In this document: in pieces, positions 1 to 7,463 of the stretch
How the letters are laid out: the number at the start of each line of letters is the position of its first letter
How positions within the stretch are numbered: position 1 is the first letter of the stretch
Assembly: GCA_963708075.1 (NCBI GenBank)
Contig: OY970194.1
Location: forward strand, 5,408,001-5,472,000
Source: Sedimentisphaerales bacterium
Lineage (GTDB): Bacteria; Planctomycetota; Phycisphaerae; Sedimentisphaerales; Anaerobacaceae
Length of the DNA stretch: 64,000 nucleotides
Direction of reading: 5' to 3'
The notes under the pieces: generated by a model
Database searches by the model: none
What the model saw: the letters and a program-made list of their open reading frames with translations, nothing else
What the model was told of the DNA's origin: nothing
Made by a program: the position numbers and the translations under genes

Positions 1-256
1 CAAGAATATCAAGACCAGCGCCCGCAACGGCAAGGTGGTTGCCCTGAAGTCCGTGCAGACCGGCGACGATCTCATGCTCATCACGGCCAACGGGATGATC
101 ATTCGCACCGGCTTGGACGAGATTCGCTCCATCGGCCGCAATACCCAGGGCGTACGCCTGATCAAACTCAAGGAAGAAGATAAGCTCGTGGCCGCCGAGA
201 AGATCGCCGCCGAAGACCTCGAAGGCGACGAAGGCGAAGCCGAAGAAAAGAGCTAA
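1..256 (+). CDS. gyrA: DNA gyrase subunit A, C-terminal end (partial, runs off the window start)
   Basis: Beta-pinwheel repeat 'RNGKVVA...DDLMLITANGMIIRT...IRSIGRNTQGVRLIKL' followed by an acidic tail; stop at 254-256. Confidence 0.9.
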   Translation, partial: KNIKTSARNGKVVALKSVQTGDDLMLITANGMIIRTGLDEIRSIGRNTQGVRLIKLKEEDKLVAAEKIAAEDLEGDEGEAEEKS

Positions 257-337
257 GAAACTGTTTCAAAACGACGAATGTCATTGCGAGTCGCTGAGCC
301 GCTTTGCGGCTGGTGCCGGGAAGAATCCGGAGGGTGT

Positions 338-416
338 GGGTGCCATGCTTACGCTCGCGTAAGCATGCCTTGCCCGCCCAGTGGAACATGTCTACGCAAG
401 CGTAGACATGGCACCC
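338..416. repeat. GGGTGCCA-type REP-like inverted doublet
   Basis: GGGTGCCATG-CTTAC-GCTCGC-GTAAG-CATG plus an inverted partner; near-identical copy at 63670-63748. Confidence 0.85.
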
Positions 417-450
417 GGCCCCTCTGAAAATACGCCGGACAGATCTCCGC

Positions 451-502
451 GTAGGGCGAGCGCCCCCGCTCGCCCAAGGTCGTGCGAGGACGCACGACCT
501 AC
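451..502. repeat. GTAG-type REP inverted doublet (REPIN-like)
   Basis: GTAG-GGCGAGCG-CCCC-CGCTCGCC plus inverted GTAG-GTCGTGCG-TCCT-CGCACGAC; related doublet at 2135-2188. Confidence 0.8.
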
Positions 503-611
503 GAAGAGCATGGCATTTCCATCCTCTTCGGGCGCGCCAAAGGCCCATGAATGGCTACGCTCGCAATGACAAACTGAAGTCGGTTTTGAGATGGTTTGTG
601 AGACTGTTAAA

Positions 612-671
612 TTGGTCCTATTCGTCCTGTGGGGCCACGAAGTCCATAGGACGAATAGGACTCATAGGACT
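612..671. repeat. 9-bp periodic inverted array (GTCCTAT / ATAGGAC)
   Basis: gtcctattc gtcctgtgg ... ataggacga ataggactc ataggactt; related arrays at 27416-27531 and 28725-28801. Confidence 0.7.
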
Positions 672-684
672 TCCCGCCACGACC

Positions 685-1677
685 ATGGCTGATCGCATCT
701 ATGTCATCGCAGGCAAGGACGAATCGCTCGTCGGCGCCAAGTGCCAGGAGCTTCTGGACAAGCTGCTTGATTCCCAGCAGCGAATGACGGCGCTGCTGTC
801 CGTAAGTGGCGAGGAGGCGTCCATTTCCGATGTGCTCGACGAGTTGCGGACCCTTCCGTTCCTGGCGGACAAGCGCGTGGTAGCCGTGAAGGGGGCCGAT
901 GAGTTCATCTCGAAGCACCGGCCCATCCTCGAGAAGTACTTCGAGAAGCCCGCGCCGACCGGCATCCTGGTCCTGACCGTCTCGAGCTGGGCCGGCAATA
1001 CGAAGTTGGCGAAGAAGCTGCCCAACGTTGGAAAGCTCATCGAGATCACCCAGCCGAAGCGGGCGATGCTGCCGGGCCTGCTGACGCAGTATGCCGCCGA
1101 AAAGCATAAGGTCAAAATCAATCGGGATGCGGTGGAGGTGCTGATTGATTTGGCTGGAGAGGAGCTGACGCAGCTTTATAACGAGATCGACAAGCTGACT
1201 CTTTTCGCCCGCGGCGAGAACGTGATTACCCTGCAGCATGTGGAGTCGCTCGTCGGCCATCACCGCGTGTACGACGCGTTCGAGGTCATCGACGCAATGG
1301 CCGCGGGCGATCCGGGACAGGCCGTGAAACGCCTTCGCAACATGTTCGAAGAGGGCAAGGACGCGGAGTACTCGGTCGTCGGCGCCTTCGCCTTTCACGT
1401 CCGCCGCATGTTCCAGGCCAAGGCCATGCTCGAAAAACGCATGAATCCCGGCGAGATCGTCAGCCGCCTGCGCATCTGGTCCAACAAGGACCGATTCTTC
1501 GCCCAGCTCCAGCGCATGTCCCTCACCCAGGTCGCTGGCCTCCTCGATGAGCTGGCCGCCATCGACTACGCCACCAAGACCGGCCAGGCCCAGGCCCCCG
1601 TCGCCATCGAACAACTGGTCCTCAAACTCGCCGGCGCCACGGCTTCCCCGCCCCGCGCAATTCCACCCCAGCGATAA
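685..1677 (+). CDS. holA: DNA polymerase III subunit delta
   Basis: 'LRTLPFLADKRVVAVKGAD', 'LYNEIDKL', 'DYATKTG' motifs; start placed at MADRIYVIAG because the upstream in-frame extension is repeat DNA. Confidence 0.9.
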   Translation: MADRIYVIAGKDESLVGAKCQELLDKLLDSQQRMTALLSVSGEEASISDVLDELRTLPFLADKRVVAVKGADEFISKHRPILEKYFEKPAPTGILVLTVSSWAGNTKLAKKLPNVGKLIEITQPKRAMLPGLLTQYAAEKHKVKINRDAVEVLIDLAGEELTQLYNEIDKLTLFARGENVITLQHVESLVGHHRVYDAFEVIDAMAAGDPGQAVKRLRNMFEEGKDAEYSVVGAFAFHVRRMFQAKAMLEKRMNPGEIVSRLRIWSNKDRFFAQLQRMSLTQVAGLLDELAAIDYATKTGQAQAPVAIEQLVLKLAGATASPPRAIPPQR

Positions 1678-1728
1678 ATCGCTGAGACCACTTTCTCTCC
1701 GCCTGCCGCTGCCACCCGCCTCAGTGCT

Positions 1729-1938
1729 CTAAAAAGCCGAGGAAGAGGTCAAGCAAGTGGTTCTTGTGCTACAGCCTATGTAAAGGATTCCATCTTTGTC
1801 CGTTTGGAATAGGCGTTTGATGTGGATAGGGCGAGCCACCTTACCTTTTCCTTTCACGACGCGAATTTTATATACCCCACACGCCGATGCTGGGATACAC
1901 GGCTCCGCCCTCTCAACCGGATACCATCCGTACGCCAT
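1729..1938 (-). pseudogene. Truncated GIY-YIG nuclease-like ORF
   Basis: GGAGG RBS before the ATG; 'P...GVYKIR...ILYIG' motif pair; stops 14 codons after YIG, so the conserved Arg/Glu helices are missing; AT-richer. Confidence 0.5.
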
Positions 1939-2087
1939 GATCTTGCCTCCATAACCATACCGATAGTAAACTGTGACACCAGACGGTGCTGGTCATTCCA
2001 AGGCAGGGCCACAGCGCGGACAAGGGGTAGCTGTGATTAGCCCAGTATATTGTTGCCCTATGTTTCATGGACCCGAATGGTTTCGCA

Positions 2088-2188
2088 GGGCGGGCGAGGA
2101 CGCCCACCCCACGGGGAGAACCGCCGCGCTCTTCGTAGGTCGTGCGTCCCCGCACGACCCTTTGGACGAGCGGGGACGCTCGTCCTAC
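2088..2188. repeat. GTAG/GTGG-type REP cluster upstream of the truncated Y1 transposase
   Basis: Single inverted REP at 2088-2112 and doublet at 2135-2188 (GTAGGTCGTGCGTCCCCGCACGAC...GGACGAGCGGGGACGCTCGTCCTAC). Confidence 0.8.
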
Positions 2189-2277
2189 GCTGAGAGCCTG
2201 GGGCATCGTCTGTAGAGCATCCTCAGCGAACTGGCACTGTCGCCGGGCACTTGCATTGTGACGGATCGACTGTGACA

Positions 2278-2787
2278 ATGATGAGTATGGCAGACGACGA
2301 GATCCTATTCTATGACCCAGAGGCAGCCAAGGAAATCTACAGGCGTCACCTGCCTCACTGGAGTCAGCGCGGACGGATGTATTTCGTCACATTTCGCCTG
2401 GCGGACTCCATACCGGCCGCACGGGCTGCGGAACTGCGGCGAGAGCGTGACGCGTGGTGCAAAGCCCATTCAGGGCCACGAACCCCCGCGGAATGGGAGG
2501 AGTATCACAAGCTGTTCTCAGTTCGAGTCGAGCAGTGGTCGGACCAGTGCTCCGGTTCCTGTCTGCTGGCTGATCCGTCATGCGCCCAGATTGTTGTGGA
2601 TGCGATGGGCTTCTTCGAGGGCCAGCGCTACGAGCTCGACCAGTGGGTGATTATGCCCAATCATGTTCATGCCCTCGTGACGATGAAGGAGGGTTTCGCC
2701 TTGGAAGGAAGAAACACATGGACAAGCCAACCTGTTACACGTGCGTTTTTGCGTATTGGGACCGGGGTCTGTGGCTGCGGAGCCTGA
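2278..2787 (+). pseudogene. IS200/RAYT-like Y1 HUH transposase, C-terminally truncated at about 2705
   Basis: 'RRHLPHW...YFVTFRLADS' and HUH motif 'VIMPNHVHAL'; lacks the downstream WQ and catalytic Y..NP segment. Confidence 0.8.
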
Positions 2788-3491
2788 CGTCGGGTTTTCC
2801 GATCCGCCCGCTCTGCGCCAATCAGCCCGACGCGCCGGGCCACGAGCGCGAGACCCCCTTTGGCCGGGTCTGCCGCAACTACCGGCTCAGGCCCGCCACC
2901 CCGGACCTGGCCGACGGCACAGTCAAGCGAATCCCCATCACCGGCGGCCTGTACGCCTACGTCGATGCCGCCGATTACGAGGCCATCAGTCGCCACCACT
3001 GGCGCTTAGTCGGCGGCGGCTACGCGGGCCGGTATGAGAAGGGCAAGTGCATCCTCATGCACCGCCAGATCATGAACCCGCCCGAGGGCATGGTCGTCGA
3101 CCATCTCAGCGGCAATCGCATGGACAACACGCGCAGCAACCTTCACGTCTGCACGTCCGCCGAGAACTGTCGCAACCGGCCCAAGCGCCGGGGCAGCTCC
3201 TCGAACTACTTCGGCGTGTACTGGGTCAAACAGAGGAACAAATGGATGGCTGTGATCTGCCTCGGTGGCAAGCACAATCGCACGATAGGCTATTTCGACG
3301 ACGAGAACCGATGCCGCCCGCGAGTCCATGCCCATGCCCAGCGCACCGCGAAACAACAGAAGACCACCCCGAGAAAGACGGGACGAAAGAAGACCCGTAG
3401 GGGCGAATCATCATTCGCCCGCGCATCCGCCACCCTGCAAGGACCCGGAGGCCGCAAGCCAGGAAAGTCCAAAGGCAAGAAACGAACGTAG
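2718..3491 (+). CDS. HNH endonuclease / AP2-domain protein (AP2 domain damaged)
   Basis: RBS GGAAGGA; 'MHRQIM...VVDHLSGNRMDNTRSNL...EN.RN' HNH motif; 'SSNYFGVYW...KWMAVI...IGYFDDE' AP2 beta-strands. Confidence 0.8.
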   Translation: MDKPTCYTCVFAYWDRGLWLRSLTSGFPIRPLCANQPDAPGHERETPFGRVCRNYRLRPATPDLADGTVKRIPITGGLYAYVDAADYEAISRHHWRLVGGGYAGRYEKGKCILMHRQIMNPPEGMVVDHLSGNRMDNTRSNLHVCTSAENCRNRPKRRGSSSNYFGVYWVKQRNKWMAVICLGGKHNRTIGYFDDENRCRPRVHAHAQRTAKQQKTTPRKTGRKKTRRGESSFARASATLQGPGGRKPGKSKGKKRT

Positions 3492-4397
3492 GGGCGAATC
3501 ATCATTCGCCCGTCCATCATTCGTCCGCGCCGATGCGAATTCACCCGAGCGTTATCCGCCTGGACCGTATCTGTCGCGGGCCCAGGATGCTGGATTGTCG
3601 GCAATGTATTGCCGGATTAGGTTCAGCGATTTCTCATTGCGAATGATGTGCTCGTGATAATTGCGCTGCCAGACATCGTCAAGCCCGACGTTTTCCCGCA
3701 TCCATTTCGTGACGCCGATCTTGAAACCACGAAGGATCGATCCAACGGTCTGCGAAGTCCCCCGCGGGCGTGACGGCGCGGGCGGATGATGGACGGGCGG
3801 ATAATCATGTGGAGGGTCGGGCGAATGATTATCCGCCCCTACGAGGTTCCCCGTTGGCGTAACCAGATCATCCTTCGCCCGGATGAACAATATTCCGTGG
3901 ATGTGGTTCGGCATGACGGTGAATTCATCCACCTCGACCTGCGGGAAATGCGTGGGAATCTCGCGCCAACATTTCTCGACCGTGCGTCCGGCGTCGTTCA
4001 ATTCCATGGCATCGCCGACGATGCGCCCGAACAGACACCGATGGTCCCGGGTGCACACGGTCACGAAATACGCTCCGGCCTGTGAATAGTCATAATCCGC
4101 CAACCGAACCGACCGGCGCTTTGGCAAATCACGTTCCATAGTGTCCCCGCCTTCGTGCGCACGAATGATGATTCACAATAACGGGCGAATGGTACTCGCA
4201 CAAGGGACGGGCGAATAATGATTCGCCCCTACAGTTCTGTTTACACGACACGCGCAAACCTCGGTCCGCCCGTCCGTCGTTCGCGCATGGCCCGTTCGCC
4301 TGCGCCCGCTATCGGCCAAGTCATCATCCATCCGCATCCGGCGTACCCCGTAGGGGCGAATCATCATTCGCCCGTTCCCGCGAATCATTATTCGCCC
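3397..4397. repeat. REP family GTAGGGGCGAATCATCATTCGCCC clustered around and within the RAYT gene
   Basis: Copies at 3397-3420(+), 3488-3511(+), 3819-3842(-), 4209-4232(-), 4350-4373(+), plus partial copies such as 4380-4397. Confidence 0.9.
3552..4139 (-). mobile_element. REP-associated tyrosine transposase (RAYT, Y1 HUH family)
   Basis: 'RRSVRL.DYDYSQAGAYFVTVCT', 'VMPNHIHGI', 'WQRNYHEHIIR', 'YIADNP..W'; flanked by REPs. Confidence 0.92.
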
Positions 4398-5346
4398 GCC
4401 GTTGTTCGCCCGTCACAGAAGAGGCTTGTCGGAGTTCCGCGATCCAGGTGTCGGATTGGGCTTTGCTATAGCCGAGGAAGGCGGAATCGGGATCATGGCT
4501 GGCGAAGGACCGGCCGGCGATGGTTTTGTTGGCGTTGGCGTAGCAGTAGATGCAGCCGTGAGGGCAGGTGTCGTAGGTTCCGATGTCCACGCTTTCCGTG
4601 CAGCCGCACTCCTTTCGCGTTGGCTTGTCCTTGTATTCGCACCCGTCGGGCGGGAACAACTGCTGGATGATCGTGCCGTCGATGCAGTGGGCCTTTTGGA
4701 TGGACGGGCTGAGAAGGTACTCGCCGCAGCAGGAGTACATGCGGATGCCGTACCGCTCGGCGATGGAGGCGAGCCTGTCGGCTAGCGCAATCTTCTCCTC
4801 CGGATGCCGGTCGATCACGTGAACACCGGCGTGCTCCTGCATTTGCTGAAAGTTGCGTTTGACCTTGCTGTACTGCGTGACGAAGCTGAAGTAACACCGC
4901 TCAACACGGCCCGCCAGTCTCGCGGCCAGACGCGTGAAGGCGTCGAGATAGAAAGCGTCGTCGGTGATGTCGGAGAGCACGATCGGGTCGAATCGCCAGT
5001 TGATGTGCCTTGGCGAATAGCGCTCGCTCAGGTACAGGAGCGTTTTGAGAGCAGCATCCTTATCCACGTGGCTCTCGAAGACGGCGGGCAGGGCCGTGAG
5101 CGTGTAGTTGAAATAGAACCTGTAGCCGAGCTGGTCCAGCGTCTCCAGAGGCTCGATGAACGGCGTAAAATCCTTCGACCAGAAGACAAAGCAGCTCACA
5201 TCCTCCGGCTTGAGCGAGACCAGGTAGCGCTTGCCCCCGAACGGATTCACCGCGCCCGCATACCCCTCGCGCAGCCGGCGCATGAACCAGTCCCCATAGA
5301 ACGCCGACACATCCGTCCGCCGAGATACCGAGATGATCCGCTTCAT
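4324..5346 (-). CDS. DUF1848 domain-containing protein
   Basis: 'IISVSRRTDVSAFY', 'VFWSK', 'WRFDPI', Cys-rich 'ECGC..SVDIGTYDTCPHGCIYCYA'. Confidence 0.9.
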   Translation of the reverse strand: MKRIISVSRRTDVSAFYGDWFMRRLREGYAGAVNPFGGKRYLVSLKPEDVSCFVFWSKDFTPFIEPLETLDQLGYRFYFNYTLTALPAVFESHVDKDAALKTLLYLSERYSPRHINWRFDPIVLSDITDDAFYLDAFTRLAARLAGRVERCYFSFVTQYSKVKRNFQQMQEHAGVHVIDRHPEEKIALADRLASIAERYGIRMYSCCGEYLLSPSIQKAHCIDGTIIQQLFPPDGCEYKDKPTRKECGCTESVDIGTYDTCPHGCIYCYANANKTIAGRSFASHDPDSAFLGYSKAQSDTWIAELRQASSVTGEQRRANNDSRERANDDSPLRGTPDADG

Positions 5347-5550
5347 CGCATCTGACCTTATCAGCATGAGCACATCCCAACCCACCGCTTTCATCGTACC
5401 CGCGGACCCGCAATGTGGCAAGGTGCATTTGCCCTTGTCGCTCGTTGTATCACGTGCTTGACGGGGTTCGTGCGGCGCTATACACTCTCCTCCCGGCCAT
5501 GTGAATTGGCGACCTGAAGGACCTGGAACCTGCATTGGAAAGGAGAGATC

Positions 5551-6663
5551 ATGATGGGAACGACGCTTGCACGGACGCTGTGGTATCTGCCGGTGGTTCT
5601 TCTGGCATTGGCTGCCGCCTCATGCCAGCCTGGACCGGGAACGGGAGATCTGATCAGCGAGCCTTACCGGCTCGACACGGGGCTGGTGTCGCGGTCGATC
5701 TGTTTTGAGAACCCGACCGGGGCGCCGGGCGAGGGGGGCAAGACGGCGAGCAACCTGGGTGTCGGGCGCAAGGGCTCGCCGGCCATCACGCTCACCCCGG
5801 GCCAGCAGGTCCAGCTCTGCGACATCCAGGGCCCCGGCACGATTCGCCACATCTGGATGACGACTTCGAACAACCCGATGAACCTGCGCAGCCTTGTGAT
5901 CCGCGGCTGGTGGGACGACCAGGCGCATCCGAGCATCGAATGTCCCATCGGGGACTTCATGGGCTTCGCGCACGGCAAGGTCCAGCCCTACGTTTCCGCC
6001 GTGCACTCTCTCGGCGGCAACGCCGGCATGAACATCTGGCTGCCCATGCCATTCGCCACGAGGGCCGGGTTCACGCTCACCAACGAGGGCAAGGAGAGCG
6101 TCCCGCTGTTCTACCAGATCGATTACACGATCAACGACAAGCATCCGGTGGACGTGGGCCGGCTGCACGTGCTGTTCCGCCGCGAGAACCCGACGACGGA
6201 AAAGAAAGACTTCGAGCTGCTGCCCAAGCGGACCGGCAAGGGCCGATACGTCGGCGCCCTGATTGGCATCCGTAACATGCATCCGGACCTGTGGTGGGGC
6301 GAGGGCGAGATCAAGATCTATATGGACGGCGACAAGGATTTCCCGACGATCGTCGGCACGGGCAGCGAGGACTACGTCGGGCTGTCCTACGGCATGCAGC
6401 AGACGCCGTACCTCTACAACGGCTGCAATCTCGACCAGAACAACTTCGTCTCCATGTACCGCTGGCACCTGCCCGACCCGATCTACTGGAAAAAGGAGGT
6501 CCGCATCACGATCCAGCAGATTGCCTGGCAGAAGGGCCTGGCCGAGGTCCAGGACGACTGGTCCACGGCCACGTTCTGGTACGAACCTGTTCCCAGTGCC
6601 CCTTTGCCGCCGATGCCCAACCAGGAGGCCCGGACCACCGACATGTGGCAAGACAAGAAGTGA
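5551..6663 (+). CDS. DUF2961 / GH172-like glycoside hydrolase, predicted lipoprotein
   Basis: RBS AAAGGAG; lipobox-like 'AAASC'; 'GPGTIRHIWMT', 'WWGEGEIKIYMDGD', 'GTGSEDY'. Confidence 0.85.
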   Translation: MMGTTLARTLWYLPVVLLALAAASCQPGPGTGDLISEPYRLDTGLVSRSICFENPTGAPGEGGKTASNLGVGRKGSPAITLTPGQQVQLCDIQGPGTIRHIWMTTSNNPMNLRSLVIRGWWDDQAHPSIECPIGDFMGFAHGKVQPYVSAVHSLGGNAGMNIWLPMPFATRAGFTLTNEGKESVPLFYQIDYTINDKHPVDVGRLHVLFRRENPTTEKKDFELLPKRTGKGRYVGALIGIRNMHPDLWWGEGEIKIYMDGDKDFPTIVGTGSEDYVGLSYGMQQTPYLYNGCNLDQNNFVSMYRWHLPDPIYWKKEVRITIQQIAWQKGLAEVQDDWSTATFWYEPVPSAPLPPMPNQEARTTDMWQDKK

Positions 6664-6688
6664 CGCGCAACTAGAGAAAGGAAGACAG

Positions 6689-7327
6689 ATGGTTAGCAAG
6701 AGATGTTTGATTGTATTGACGGTAGCAGCGTTAGTGCTCACGGGTTGTCACAAGCCGGCGGAGAACGCCGCACCGAGTGCCGGTGTGACAAAGACGGGAT
6801 CCGCGAAGCTCTTCAATGGCAAGGACCTGACCGGCTGGCAGGCCGAGGGCAATGCCCGCTGGGTGGTTGAAAATGGCTTGCTCGTCGGAACCCAGGGCGC
6901 CAACAACGCCCCCGGCGACCTGTTCACGACAGAGAGTTTCCGCGACTTCGAGGCGAGCGTCACGTACCGCACGGAGTGGCCCTGCAACAGCGGCGTGTGG
7001 TTCCGCTACCAGACACCGGACAAGGCGTATCAGGCCGACATCCTCGAATACAAGAACCCTGAGGCCTACTCGGGGACCCTGTATTGTCCCGGCAAGCTGT
7101 TCCTGGCCATCAACAAGGATAAGACACTCGTCAACCGCGACGGTTGGAACACGATCAAGATCCGGGCGGAAGGCGACCATCTGCAAATCTGGCTCAACGA
7201 CCGGCAGGTGGCCGATGTACACGACGCGACGACCGATTCCGGCAGGATCGGTTTCCAGGTCCATCCCGGCGCCGAGTTCGGCCCGATGAAAATCGTCGTC
7301 CGCGAGGTCCTGCTCAAGAGGCTGTGA
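6689..7327 (+). CDS. DUF1080 (3-keto-disaccharide hydrolase-like) lipoprotein
   Basis: Lipobox 'LTGC'; 'LFNGKDLTGW', 'NSGVWFR', 'WNTIKI', 'GRIGFQVH'. Confidence 0.88.
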   Translation: MVSKRCLIVLTVAALVLTGCHKPAENAAPSAGVTKTGSAKLFNGKDLTGWQAEGNARWVVENGLLVGTQGANNAPGDLFTTESFRDFEASVTYRTEWPCNSGVWFRYQTPDKAYQADILEYKNPEAYSGTLYCPGKLFLAINKDKTLVNRDGWNTIKIRAEGDHLQIWLNDRQVADVHDATTDSGRIGFQVHPGAEFGPMKIVVREVLLKRL

Positions 7328-7362
7328 CCCGGATCAGGAGTGATCTGCGGGTTATGTGGTTC

Positions 7363-7463
7363 TGTCATCCTGAGCGTCAGCGAAGGATCTGGCCCGAGCA
7401 TGAGAGGTTCCCCTCATATGCGTGCCGGATCCTTCACTTCGCTTCGTTACGTTCAGGATGACA
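7363..7463. repeat. TGTCATCCTGA...TCAGGATGACA palindromic element
   Basis: Terminal inverted repeat with inner GAAGGATC/GATCCTTC; second copy at 51558-51649; lies between convergent genes. Confidence 0.85.

Larger units (their letters stand above)
279..571. repeat. TGTCATTGCGAG...CTCGCAATGACA palindromic element enclosing two other repeat doublets
   Basis: 12-bp perfect terminal inverted repeat at 279-290 and 560-571. Confidence 0.65.

Noticed and set aside
547..684. N-terminal extension of holA (similarly ORF-track starts at 13686, 27465, 29193, 47913, 2580 and 6263)
   Set aside because: Extensions run through repeats or upstream genes; family similarity and RBS support downstream starts
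3397..4397. Repeated 24-bp palindrome as a CRISPR array
   Set aside because: Irregular spacing, both orientations, no cas genes; explained as RAYT-associated REPs
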